The notes under the pieces were generated by a model, which made no database searches, was not told where the DNA came from, and was given only the letters and a program-made list of their open reading frames with translations. From NCBI RefSeq assembly GCF_048593235.1, contig NC_133622.1, positions 179,738,001-179,802,000 on the forward strand: a stretch of 64,000 bases of DNA. Direction: 5' to 3'. This DNA comes from Sminthopsis crassicaudata (taxonomy: Eukaryota). Below, piece by piece: positions 12,350-25,344 of this stretch (positions are counted from its first letter, which is position 1; each line of letters opens with the position of its first letter). A program made the position numbers and the translations under genes.

Positions 12350-12760
12350 TTGGAAAAAGTTTTCTGGAGTCATACAACCAGGATTCAAATCTCACTTGAT
12401 CCTAAAGACTTATGTAAATTTGAGCATGGCATTTAACCTCTTTGTTTCAGTTTTCTTCTCTATTAAATAAGATGTTGGATTGGATCCTTTCAAACTCCAG
12501 ATCAGGGACCTAGGGATTGTTTTACTTCAGGAATAAAGCAGCCTACCACATCAGATTTAAATTCTTCTGGTTGGCTTTCAAGATGAGGCAACCTGGGTGG
12601 TGCAGCAGATAAGAGTACTGAGCCTGGAATCAGAAAGACCAAATCTGGCTGCAGATACTTAATGGTTCTATGATCCTCAATGTAAAATAGGGTTTCTGAG
12701 ACATCAAATGAGATATTTATAAAATGACTTTGCAAAACAAAGCTATATATTTCCTATTAG
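12350..12760 (+). mobile_element. Two MIR/CORE-SINE fragments
   Basis: CORE-like heads (ggcaacctgggtggtgcagcagataagagtactg...) and MIR tails. Confidence 0.6.
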
Positions 12761-14550
12761 CCTTTAATGAGTTAGGTCTTCTCTCTGTTTCAAAAATACG
12801 TTACATCTCTGAGCATGCTTTTTCTTCTAATCTAAAAGCCCTTTTACCTCCTGCTGAAATTGTATACATTGCTCAAGTTCCATTTCCTGAACTAAATCAT
12901 CTTTGATAACTTTGTCCTACAAGTTCCTCTTAAAAACAAAATCACTCAAGTTTATAAGCACACCATCCTCTACATACCTGAGTACTGTTTACATGGGAAC
13001 ATCAGGTGCTGTAGCAAAAAGAAAGTAAGGGAGGGTACAAGAGGTCCCTAAGAACAAGGTATGGAGGACTGAGTGCTGATAATGTGGATGATGATACAAC
13101 ATCCACTATGTCAAGGAGTTAACTGGCAGACTCTCTAAATCAACTTACTATATCATATACCATTCAGTGTTCATGTACTTCTATATCAACAGGTTCAACA
13201 TACATAAAATAGGAAAAGGGAGTTTCTCTCAAAGCTAATTTCTGCCTCCAGTGACATTGGAATGAGGTTATTAAAGAGTTCACTGCTTAAAAATTAGCAG
13301 GGTAATAAAAATGATCAAACCTGTTTTTTAAATCCTTTTCTAAAATGTCAGAACTTTTCTTTTTTAAATTAAAAGCTTCTTTGTGTCAGCAGCACCTCGA
13401 CTCATTTACTAACAAAAAGTTTAATTACTATAATAGCACTTTATGCAAGGCACATTTCTGCTCATTTCTCAAGGTCATTTTTATTTCTTTCAGAATTCCT
13501 ACACCTCACAATTTGGTGAAATGATATGAGTATAGTCTTTCAAATTTATTTTCTTTGAACTAAGGTCAACACACAAAAGAACTGCTACAACACCATATAT
13601 AATATTTCTAGGACAAAAATGTGAATTTTCTTTCCACTATAATTTTGAACAGCTCATAATCACTAATAGATATCATGAGGGGATAATTGAGCAGCAGAAA
13701 GCCAGGAAATTCTGCATTTATTTTCAATACTTTGAGTAACTTACAGTGAAGCCTTATGAAATCTACTTAATCTGAAACTTAATTTCTTCAAATGTAAAAT
13801 AAATATAACATCACCAGGATAAAATGAGATCTTATTTGTAAAGTACAATGAAAATGTTAAAAGCATTCCATACCAACAAGATCTTACCTACTTTACACCA
13901 TGTATCTAATTTATAATCCATGCTGATCTCTGTATGCATATTGATCGAATCTAATCTTTGTAATTTATTTTCTTAGAGCATAACCAGCTTCTAGATCCCC
14001 TTTTCCTCCTATGATATAGATACCCATTTTTCACCTCTAAGCCAGCATAAGAGACAGAGTACTGGGTTGGGTGATAAGAAGACCTGAGTTCAAATCCTAT
14101 CTTGTTAACTTGGCAAATCATTTAATCTGCCTCTCAAATTGGAATGGGATGGCTCAAGGAAGCTCTAAATCTGGGATGTTCTGATTCAAATGACTACTCC
14201 ACTCACTAGCTCCGGAACTGATCAAGTTAACATGCAAGACATTCACAATGTGATTTAACAAAGCAGCTTGACTTTCAGAACCACCACTAAGTTCAAAGTC
14301 AGTTAAGTCATGATAGGGAACCACCAGGAGGTCTTCATATTTGATGTCCATCTCTCCCCCCAATATCATATATCATTGATCCACAGGCATTCCAGGTTTA
14401 TCATTCTGGATTCCAAAAAACAAAACAAAACAAAACAAAAAAACAAGTTGAGTCACACAGCATCACACAGTTGCTAACATCTGGCAGAGAGTTGCATTTC
14501 TCAAAGGAACCCAGGTAGCACAGAGTCAGACGGGAAGTCAAGCTGCGTGC

Positions 14551-14680
14551 AATAGAAGTGAGATGAAAATCCAGGCCACATGGAGCAGAGATGTGATGAG
14601 AATCCAGGCACCATAGAACAGAACTGGGATGTAAACACAGGTTTCTTGGAGCAGAGTTGAGATGAGAACCCAGGCAGAGA
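14551..14680. repeat. Degenerate 33-bp minisatellite, four units
   Basis: The (c/a)cagg anchor recurs at 14571, 14604, 14637 and 14670 (exact 33-bp period). Confidence 0.8.
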
Positions 14681-14879
14681 CTCTCAGTTTGGAGCTTAAT
14701 TTCCTACCCAAGAAATCTTGAGTGTTGGCTGTTTATTCTAGTGAATAATGAGCTAACCTCGAAGCCAGAAAGATCTTAGTCCAGTTCTGGCTTCTGACAG
14801 AAATTGAAAAAGTTCATTAACCTCTTAAGTGCTCTATTCTAATGGTACTTTTTAAGGCTATAAATTGTAGAGAAGTTGC

Positions 14880-17060
14880 TGTCCTGCATTGGTAAATGAA
14901 ATTTAACCCTATTATCAATGAATTCACAGGTTCTATTATCCTTATCTCTTTTCCTAATTTAAGTCATGTCCATTTAGAGAATAATGTGCTAGGTGCCATA
15001 AAGTGCTGTTCCAACCACAATTTTTTCCAGGCTCTTTTTCCATTCCCCCAACAATTAAAACAGATTCCTTACCACAGATTTTCATGTCCCTGTGCTTTTA
15101 TCAAATATTATATATACTACTATGTTCTACCACTTGTTTATTTGACCTTAAACTAATCAATTTTCTTTTCTTAAGCAGTACTGTTTTGATAACAATTGTA
15201 GAAGTTTGAGACTTTGCATAGCTAAATGTCCTTACTTTCTATTTCCTTTGACTTTTTTGTTTCTTCAGATAAATTCTTACCATTTTATCAAGATATATAA
15301 AATAACTTTTTGATAATGTGATTAGAATTAAATCAAATCTATCAATTTATTTAGGTAATGTAATTATTCTTATCAAAAGGGTCCACCATAAGCAACTATT
15401 TAATCTCTAATTTTTATTACCTTTATTTCTGCTATTTGACAGTTGCATTCCTACTAATTGCAGGTATGTATTGGTAGATATTTCATATCTACTACATTTT
15501 ACATACTTTATAAATCAATCAATCAGCATTTATTAAGTCCTACTATTGCTAAGCACCATGCCATGCTAAGGCAAGCTAGGGATATAAAAAGTCAGAAGAC
15601 AGTCCCCTATCCTCAAGAACTTTATAGTCTAATTAGTTATAATAATTACTTGATATTTCTTTTTCTAGCTCTTCCTACCAGATTTTGTTAAAAATATTTA
15701 GAAGTACTAATGAATGAATCATTGTATACGATAATTTCATATTTTGATACTTAAAATGGAGTTTTATGTTACCTAATTTTTAGTTTAACTTGAGATTCTC
15801 TAGGTAAAGCATGTAATCTGCAAATAGGAATAATTTGGTTTCTTTATTGCCAATGTGTAGTCATTAAAACTATTTTTCACAGATAGTGCTATAGTAAGCA
15901 CAAAGAGAAGCATATTATATTTACTCAATGACAGTGGGCATTCTTACTTTCCTATTGATCCTACCAAAAAGTCCTTTAGTCTTTCTCCAATAAAGATAAT
16001 TTTATTACTTTGTTAAGTTTTGTTTATACTTTTAAAGAAGTGTATTTATTCTTATTTAAGTGCTTTTTACATAAACATTGAATTTTATAAAAAAGACTTT
16101 TGCATCTATTGATTAATTTTGTTGTTATTAATATGACCTATTATACTCATACTGTTTTGATTACGGAACAATTACTGATGCAATGACCTTTTGAACATGT
16201 TCCTATAGCACTAAATATTTTATTCAAAATTTTGAATCAATATTCATTATTCATCAGTATGTAGTTTTCTTCTTCTGCTTTATCTCTCTCCAGTATAACT
16301 ATTCAGATCATATGTATTTCCTAAAAAGAATTTGATAGAATGGCTTTTCCATCAAATTTGTACAATACTGAAGTAAAGCATCTTTAAAATATTCAATTTT
16401 CTTGCAAATCTATCTTGCTGATTTATTAATCACTTAATAAATGCTGATTGATTGATTATAGTATTTGAAATGTCTGTGATCCTTTTTCCACTAGGAGTTA
16501 ACTTATAACTTGTTCACTTTCTTGTTTTGAAGCTTTGCTTAATTTCTTTATTTCTAATATTCATCTGATTTCTCAAAGTTAATGGTTTTGTTAGCATATA
16601 TTGGGGTAAAATAATTTCTAATAATTGAATTGGTATCCCTCCATCTGTTTTTTTTATTTTTTTTAATCTAGTGGTGAAGATTTACTCTCAGCTCAAAGAA
16701 ATACATTAGCTAATGGGGTTTCTTTTTTTGTTAGCTCTTAAATGAACTGAATAGTTTTACTTTTAAAAATCAAAGATTTTTGTTTGCAATTTAATCTTAC
16801 TTTCCAAATTCATTTGGGGGGGGGGCTTTTGAATTACTGGTTGCTTTTATAAACTGAATGCAAAGATTATTGATCTCTTCTCTTTTGCTAATTAATGTGT
16901 TTAGATATAAATTTTCCTATAAGTAGTTTTATTTGCCTCCCATTAAGTTTTAGTAGTCTGTCTCATTATTATAATGTTCTCTGATAAAATTATTGGTGTC
17001 TGTAATTTGTTCTTTTGCCCACAAATGTCTTAGAATTATGCTATTGAATCTCCATTTAAG
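14880..17060 (-). mobile_element. Old L1 ORF2 fragments with an L2-like segment near 15510-15630
   Basis: T-rich reverse L1 body sequence; approximate bounds. Confidence 0.6.
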
Positions 17061-17107
17061 TTAGAATTTATTTACATTCATAATTCACATGATTAAAAGA
17101 ATTATTA

Positions 17108-17252
17108 GGGGGCAGCTAGGTGGCACAGTGGATAGAGCACCAGCCCTGAATTGAGGAGGACCTGAGTTCAAATCTGGTCTCGGACATAACACTTCCTAGC
17201 TGTGTGACCCTGGACAAGTCATTTAACCCCAGCCTCAGGGGGGAAAAATAAA
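17108..17252 (+). mobile_element. WSINE1-type tRNA-derived SINE with 14-bp TSD
   Basis: GGGGCAGCTAGGTGG head with A/B boxes; TSD taaaagaattatta at 17094-17107 and 17253-17266. Confidence 0.9.
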
Positions 17253-17339
17253 TAAAAGAATTATTATTAAACTAGTAGATGTGAAATATGTATATAGTTC
17301 ATCTGTATTTGAGCAAAGCTTCAGAAAGTATATCCTACT

Positions 17340-18140
17340 ATTGTTGTGGAAAAAAAATGGAGAAATACAGATTAGATAAGAACACAAATTAGATGGCCAT
17401 GATGAAAGAAAAGGTCTTAATGATCAACGTCAATGTGACCAGAGGGTTTCTGTAGATTGTTCCTTCAGGAACTGTGCCTGTTCCTGTATTTTTTAATAGT
17501 GGAGAAATGCCATGCTCATCAAATGTGAAGATCACACAAATGTATTAGGGATAGAACACCTGATGAGAGAGTCTAAAGGCTAAAGGATATTGACAGGTAT
17601 GAGTTAGGATTCTTACCCTATTTTTGTTTCATGGACTTCTTTGGCAGAGAGATGAGACCTATAAAGGCCTTCACAGAAAAAATGTTTTTAAAGACATGAA
17701 ATAAAATACATAGAAGTACAAAGAAAAATAAGAATACTGAAAAAAGTTATCAAAATGTAAAACAAAAACAAACAAACTCACAGTTCTCAAGTTAAAAATT
17801 TCTAGGAAGTTTTTAAACCTGAGTACAAAAGCTCAACCTTGCAAGTATAAGATAGGGAAAGCACAATAAGAGAAAAATATTGGGTGTTTTGAAGCTTGAT
17901 GGGGCAGCAACATGATGTGACAGGCAAAAAGCTATCAAATTGTGGGCTACAATGAAAAAAGAACAGTTTCTAGGAATTAGAAGGTGATTGCTTTCTGTCC
18001 TGTTTAGATAACATCTGGAATATTGTGTTCAGGTATTGGTGTGACAGTTTAAGACACTGATAAAGTGGCAAGGATCCAGAAGAAAGCAATCAGGAAGATG
18101 AAGGGCTTCCAGCTCAGATTGGTTAAATGATCTGAAGATG
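17340..18140 (+). mobile_element. L3/CR1 fragments interrupted by a Charlie-like element (about 17600-17815)
   Basis: CR1-type RT remnant (ctcatcaaatgtgaagatcacacaaat; tattgtgttcaggtattgg); Charlie-like tttttgtttcatggacttctttggcag. Confidence 0.45.
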
Positions 18141-18802
18141 TTTTGTTTGTTCAAGCTTCAAATTTCCTTTCCTTCAAATTAGCTATTACTAAGTCTTATA
18201 TATATTCCTGAATCCAGTCCTTGGTCCTTTGTTTTTCTTTCTTCCTGGCTTTTTGTACCATTTTATCATGACATGAAAATCTGACTGTACACAAGGACAT
18301 TTCTCAGTATGTTTAGTTTCAGACTTTTTGTCAGGTAGCAAACAGTGAATTCTTTCTATTTTCACTTTAACATCTATATTCTATTAACTTACTAGAACTA
18401 ATTCTTGCTTTAGATTGATCTGGATCCAGGGTACACTGGCCCTGGCCCAGTTTCTTTGCACTGTCATTGAATGAAAGAAGGACTGGGAAAGTCCTTGTTT
18501 CAGTTACACTGTTTATGCAAAAAGAGGAGCTCAGTATTGTTTCATTTTAATAATTAATTTGGAGCTTCTCTTAATTGTCCCTCCAGGGAGATGAATTTGT
18601 TAAGAAGCTGCCATAGTGCTATCCTAATATTAGCTATATTTTAAAAGAAATGTTTCTAATATTTTCAGAATTATCAACAAATATTCAAAAAAAATCTTGT
18701 TTCAATGATAACTGATAAGAATTGTCATAGATCAAAGCTTATCCCCAAGAGCAAATAGAGAGAAGTTGTGAAGACAGGCAAAATCTGGCAACTGATGAGC
18801 TA

Positions 18803-19200
18803 TGTTGTTGTTGTTCATCCTTCATAACTGAAGAGGACCATGACATCAGGGAGGTGCTGCCAGGACAGGGCAAGGGAATTGCATTAAAGAAGGGGGAATT
18901 GTGCAAGGTTACCCTCTAGAGCCATCTAGGTCCAGTGGCTAGATATAGATGAGGATGACTGGAGACAGCCCTGGATGCAGTGGGAGACCTTGGTTTTTAA
19001 CAAGTATCAGTTTGATTGAGGCAGCACCCATTCAGTGATTAAGGGTAGATAGCAATTTTGGCAAAGAATGGCCTGTTTTATCATGCCCCTAAAAATAAAT
19101 AAATGAATAATTCTAGGAGGTGAGGATTTCAGGATTTCTGACCAATTTCTTGCTATTTACATTCACTCTGAGTCAATTAGGACTCAAACAATGACCAATT
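18803..19200 (+). mobile_element. Marsupial RTE-related SINE (WALLSI/RTESINE-like)
   Basis: gaagaggaccatgacatcagggagg...gtccagtgg; the same family recurs at 19200-19388, 52045-52310 and 59179-59483. Confidence 0.7.
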
Positions 19201-19388
19201 GGGGCTGGGTCAGGCTAGTCATCCTGATCCATTTCTGGCCACTGGACTGATGGCCCTAGAGGGAAAAAGAGGCAGGTGAAAGAGAGGCAGGTGCCCAATC
19301 TTCCCTCACTTAAATCTAATTCACTTGCATGTCATGATGTCGCCTTCCTGATGTCATGAATGGTCCCCTTCAAGAACAAAGGATAAAC
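19200..19388 (-). mobile_element. Second copy of the same RTE-related SINE, inverted
   Basis: The reverse complement reads gttcttgaaggggacc...catgacatcaggaagg...gtccagtggccag. Confidence 0.7.
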
Positions 19389-21305
19389 CTTTTAAGCCCA
19401 CAATCTATGAGGAGAGCTATTCTGCTGGTGATCCAATTGAAACTGGTCAGTTGGGAAACTCCTTCCTTCCACATAGGGTATTACATACCCTTATCTATAG
19501 AAGCTCTAAAATCTTTGTTTTTTTTAGATGGTTGAAGCCCAAGATATGTTGGAATTTACTGCTTAGATTTCTTTCTTAAAGACCAGGCTTTCAACCAAAA
19601 CTACTCTCTCAGTGATTAGCTATGTAGAATGAATGAAAAAGAAGAGTCAAGGATACCACAAAGATTACAAACCTGGGTAAACTGGAAGCATGGTGGTAGC
19701 ACAGGAGATGGGCCAGTAATATATAAAGAGTGAGGAAGAAGATATGGACAGGTCATGGGTTACACTGGTTTCCCTGAAATATTAAGGAGCCAAATTAAAG
19801 TCTACAGACCTGCTTCCAACTCAACCCCCTGCCCCCATAGCCATAAATTATCATGGAAAAGGGGCCCACCTTCCTCATTACCACCAGCAATAACTGCTAA
19901 CCAACTGCCATCAACAGGCAGACAGGCACTGGAATCCTGGGAGTGGAAGCATTGGCAGACCCCCGTCCCTGCTTCCAGCCCAGCCTTCACAGCCATTATC
20001 TGGAGAGAGAGCTTCTGTCAAGAAAGGACCAGTCATTCTCACCAACTATCACCTCCATCCAAGGCACACAACTCAGACTAGCTGAAAAGCCAGACACCCT
20101 GACGGGGAGGCAGGAGGCAGCACAGGCCAGCCAAGTCAAACCATAGCCTTCATCACCATCTCCTTGGTGAACAGCCAGGCTTCCAGCTTAGTGCCCTCAG
20201 GCCTCATCCTAGGAAGTAGCTCCCAGGGAAGTGGATATAGCCACCTGTCTATTGCTCAGGCAGGGCCACAACTGCTCCAGTCACAGCTTCCAAAGACCCA
20301 ATGAAAGAAGCTCTTATAGCATCAAAGTCAGTGGCCTTGTCACATTCAACATCAAAAACCAATAATAATAAGTAAGTGGAAATGACATGAAATATGAGGC
20401 ACCACATTTTCTCTGCAATTGTGTTCCAAAGACCAGGGGAACTTCCTATCTGACATACAGTAGAAACCCTCCCTCCTATTATCTCTTTCCCATTAAAATG
20501 GGAACTTCTAGGGTTCTGACTGACTTTTCAGTTTGTATCAAAAGTGATGAAAACAGTTTGACATATAGTGATCATTTGCTTTATTTACCATATGCCTCAC
20601 ACAGTAAAAGAGTGCTTATATAAATTAAGATTTTAGTACAGTACATCTATAGTTTTGGAGAAAGCCAAAATATTCTATAAATAGAAATGTCAATAGAAAT
20701 CCTGTCCATGTATTAGGTTTCTGAGTTTCCCTGTCCTAATGCCTTGCTATTTTATAACTGTACACTCTTAAGAAAATACTCTCAAGGCTTTCTATTATTA
20801 TGGATATTGAATCTAAATAACTCAATATCAATATCAAATATCAAGTAACTCAAAATCTAGCCAGTAATAGTACCTGCTTATGTTTCTATTTGAAATTATT
20901 AACCAATAAAAGAATCCAATGTATAATAGGATAAAAGCAAGTAATAGGATTTTAGCTTCTCAGCAGGAAAAAAACCCTAAATTTAGATCTTTGGTTGAAT
21001 CAAGTTTGTGTTTTTTATTGTTTGCATAACCTTTGGCAAGTCACTGGATCTACTAGACTAGGTAATGTCTAACAGCCCTTCCAGGTCTTCATGATCCTAT
21101 CATGATAGGATAAGCAGTCAACATAGTCAAGGAATGAACAGATTACAACTGGGATGAGAAAAGCAAACTTTGTTCTCAAATATTAGTTTAGTTATTGTGT
21201 CATTTCAGTCGTCTCTGATTCTTCCCTACCCCATTTGGGGTTTTCTTGGCAAAGAGGGGGGGGAGGGGGGGAGAGAGGGGAAGAGAGGGGGAGAGAGAGA
21301 GAGAG

Positions 21306-21860
21306 GCTCCACAAGAATAGTTTCTCATTACTGTAAGGGTCCATTAGAAAGGTCAGGCAAGCGCAATGGAGATGTAAGTGGGCCAGTGGTCTCTGAGGTC
21401 CCCGGATGTGATTGGAGTTGAGTACTTAGGGACTTCCTTCAGGGGTGGGACTTCCAGCCATGGCAGGAATGCTAAAATCTCACAGTGAAATTTCGGTCAA
21501 GTTTGGGATGTAACCTTCATCAATAATTGGCTTGTGTCCGTGACCTCATAGACCCCATATATAAGCTCTAGGCAGGGAGAACTCTCTCTCTTACCAACTA
21601 GAACTCAGCTAGGAGAAGCAGTACCAAGATAGGTGAAGGAGGTCATAGAGTTGATGTGAACCACGTGAATAAAGTCTAAGCTTGTTCGCCAAAACACTAG
21701 AGTGCTCTGTTGTGCTTAAAACTGCTTCCCTATGAGATAGTAGCCGGAGGGTTCTGGGGACCTCAAAACAGAAGTAAGATTGATATTATATTTACCAGGG
21801 TCTCTCTGATAGGTCAGAAACAAGGACCGATTAGCATTAGGTGAGAATGGGCCTAACACA
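21306..21860 (+). mobile_element. Solo ERV LTR, antisense to TNKS
   Basis: TATATAAG at 21558; AATAAA at 21668; ends ...TAACACA; CpG partly retained. Follows a GA-rich tract and a reverse MAR1 tail (about 21185-21255). Confidence 0.65.
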
Positions 21861-21864
21861 ATAC

Positions 21865-23080
21865 CAACTGCTTTATTGGACAGTTCAAACTATGTGTACT
21901 ATAGCCATCTCAAATTCAATGTATCCAAACTCAAATTCAGTCATCATCATTCCCCTCCATAGATTCTTCTGGTCATTATGCTATGCAATCTCAGGGTTAT
22001 CTTCACTCAACTTCATCCAGTATATCCAATCAGCTATCAAGTCTTGTCACTGCTATCGGTACCACATTTCTTAAATTCATCCCCTCTACTCACATGCTCA
22101 CCAGACTAATTCGGATTCTAATTATTTCTTTCCAATATTGTGACTAGACTCCCAACTTGTCTCTCTGCCTCAAGTGTCTCCCCTTTTCCAAATTATCCTT
22201 CACTCCACTGCTGAAGTAAAAAGCACAGTTCTGACTACAATATCCCTAAATCAATGAATTCCACTGGCTCCCCTTTGGCCTCTACCACATAAAAGCCCTT
22301 CCCAACATATCTCCATTCTACTTTTCCAGCACTCTTATACATTACTTCCACTCAAAGAAGTATACTATATAGCTCTTATGTATGTCAATGTTATCTGTTT
22401 CTCTGCTTTTGTGTTCTCTTCTTCCTCCTCTTATAAAACCTACTTATCTTCAAAGATCAGTTCAGTCACCACTTTTTAAATGGAACATTACTGCCTTTCT
22501 ATCTCAAACTGCCTGTTAGTGAATATGAAAGTACTTCTGATTGAGATGTGGCCTTCCTTGATAGACTGAAACTCCTTAGAAACAACAACTATTTGTTTTT
22601 CTTTGTATCCCCAGTGCATAATTCTGTTGTACAATATTCACTTAAGAAATTCTGAACCTCTCTTCACTATGCTAACAAAGGATCAGTGAGGAAGCATGTA
22701 CTACTGTGCTAAGTGCTGGGGTTACAAAAAGGTACAAGGCATCCTGCTTGCTCTCAAGGAGTTCACAGTCTAATAAGGAAGCAAAAAGAGCAAACAACTA
22801 TGTACAAACAAGGACAAACTAGATATAATCAATGGAAGGAAGCCACCAGAGCAGAGAGGTAAAGAGGAAAGGGTTTTTAGCTGGGATTTAATTAAAAGGA
22901 ATCCAGGGTGTGATAAGGAAGATAATTGCAGCCAGGAACAACAGCCTGGGAGAACAAAAAGGCAGAAGATGTCGAGAGTCTTGTGACAGCAGCCACAAGG
23001 AAGTCAGAGTCCCTGAATGACAGTGTGTAGGGGAAAATAATATGCAAAAAGATTAGAAGGAGGAGAACAGGTTAGAGAAA
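21865..23080. mobile_element. L2 fragments (plus strand 21865-22650, minus strand 22690-23080)
   Basis: catctcaaattcaatgtatccaaactc (L2 hallmark); reverse L2 3' end ctactgtgctaagtgctgggg. Confidence 0.65.
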
Positions 23081-23147
23081 ACTTTGAATACCAAAAAGTC
23101 ACATTCAATATATTCTGAGTAAATTGTTTTTGCTAGGGTGAAAATGA

Positions 23148-23149
<2 letters not shown>

Positions 23150-23181
<32 letters not shown>
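23150..23181. repeat. (CA)n microsatellite
   Basis: Read directly. Confidence 0.95.
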
Positions 23182-23183
<2 letters not shown>

Positions 23184-24029
23184 TCACACCTTAGATATAT
23201 ATTTATATTGACAATAAAACATCTCCATTCCTTCAATTTTGCCAATAAAATTTTCAAGTCACATGAATTATAAATTTCACCGTCACTGTTCCAAGTCTTC
23301 CTACTTCTAATCTACTCTATTCTTGTGACAACCTACAGTTAAGCTTTTTAAAACCACTAATGTTTTTCTTTTGTAGCTCCAACAATATTTTAATCACTAA
23401 CTTAGTTCCCAAAGAAAATTTGTATACAGAAAATAATTCCTTTTAGGACTGAGCCATGATTTTTTTTTTTTAAGCACAAAGGAACGTTCCAATTTATTAA
23501 TGCATATTACAGTAGTATTATTTGTCAATTTAAGATGCTTATAGCTGAGTCTGGATAAATAAAAAAGAGAATTAATACTGGTTTTAAGAGTTCATGGAAA
23601 TAAATAAATATAACTTGGCAAGAGCCCCTGCTATCAAATAGATGCCTTAATGAAGTCTCTTGAGGATATCTAACTGGGAGCTATTATGAGAATGTAAAAA
23701 AAAAATTACTTAAGGTCCTATATTTAATATGCAACAAACTAAATGCAAAAAAAAAGGTATTCTATCTACTTTCCCTAGTCATTAGCCTAGATCCTTGGTA
23801 AGCTTCCTGGTCTGAAATCTAATTTTCCCAATGGATTCCACTTGCTGCCAATCACTGCTACTCCAATCAGAAACCAAGTATTATCAATTCCACTTCCAAA
23901 ACATCAAGCTGATGCAATCTGGAAGTTCTTTAAGAAATAAAATTATCCCTATCCTTTCCTCTATCATTGCTATTCCCCCTCGCTCCAATAACTCTAGCTT
24001 TTGTAGTTATCAGTTTAACTTTTATTTTT

Positions 24030-24630
24030 TCTTCTCCAATCCTTCCTTGCCATAAATGCCAAAAGGACTCATCATATAAAGGTTTAACTAACTGCCTATT
24101 GGCCAAAATGCAAACATTCCTTAACCAGGAAAATAATGTACTCCAATAGTCACATACCTTCTCAGTCTTTAACTCACTCATTTGTGACTTTCTTTCCCAT
24201 GCTTGATATTTCACCCAAAATGGATTACTCCTAATTGCTCCTTGATAACACTGTGAAGTCTCTAATGAGTATGCATTTGTGACCCCATGCTCTCTTCCTG
24301 AAATGTTCTTAATATTCATCCTCACCTAGTAAAAGTATTTTCCTTCAAATCTTGGCTCAAGTGCTAGCTGCTCTATCAAGCTTCCTCCTAACCTCTCTCC
24401 CTCCCCCAATTTTCACAACTGAAATGACTTGTTTCTTTATCAAATTCAGAGCACTGTGTGGGCCTTTTATTAATTGCATATCCACTTCCTAATATTGTAT
24501 CACAAAAACTCATATGTTTAATTCCCTACAATGACCACTTGTACCTTAAGCATAGGGACTGGGTCACTTTTCTACTTTTTACATAAAGTAGCAAAGGACC
24601 TTGCAAAGAGTAACGTCTTAATAAATGTTT
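24030..24630 (+). mobile_element. L2 3' fragment
   Basis: Typical L2 end (...ttaataaatgttt). Confidence 0.55.
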
Positions 24631-25344
24631 ATTGTAGTGAACAACTTGGAAATTCATCAATTGGTGTTGTCAGTTCCAGAAAGACAGATGACCAGAGGTG
24701 AAAAACTCTTAAGATTAAGGTAGACATGGTGTGATACAGAAAAGGAATCCTCAAATCTTTTAACAGGAAGAAATTCATGACATTTGACGAGATATTCAAT
24801 TTATTCAAGTCCTTCCTTTGGATGAATGTTATTGGTACTTTTATCCAAACAAATGATAAAAGGAATCTTTTTGTTGGCAATGACTAAGAGTACAAGGGCA
24901 AATAACAGGAAAGGAAAGTGAGGAAATCTATGAGAGAATAATATTTCAAATGCCTACTGACCTCCTGACTAAATTAAAATGATCAATTCAAAAGCTCCTG
25001 ATTCTTCAAGCTCCAGCAATTTACTTAAACCAACACCAAAAATCATGAAGGTGGAGATGGAGCTAGGGATATGGACTTCTATTCAAGAGGATTGATATGA
25101 GAAGGAAGAAGGCTCTATAGCTGTAGCAACACTTTAAAATGAGAAACTGCTAAGTGCTTCTAAGGGAGATTACATTTCTGCAACTGAAGAAAATTCAACA
25201 TTTCAAATTTTAGGAGAACAAGTGACTCTTATTACCTGAACTTTAGGTAGATTCCCTTTCTCTAATTAGGATTTTGACTACCAAGATTTTTAGGCATTAT
25301 GTGTAAGAACTTCATTAATGATAGAAAATTGAATTTATACAAAT

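Noticed and set aside
14551-14680. CRISPR-like array (also the 32-bp and 20-bp duplications)
   Set aside because: There are no unique spacers and no cas genes, and the context is a mammalian intron.
17108-17252. tRNA genes at the SINE heads
   Set aside because: A/B boxes are present, but the sequence continues into CORE and an A-tail with TSD, so these are SINEs.
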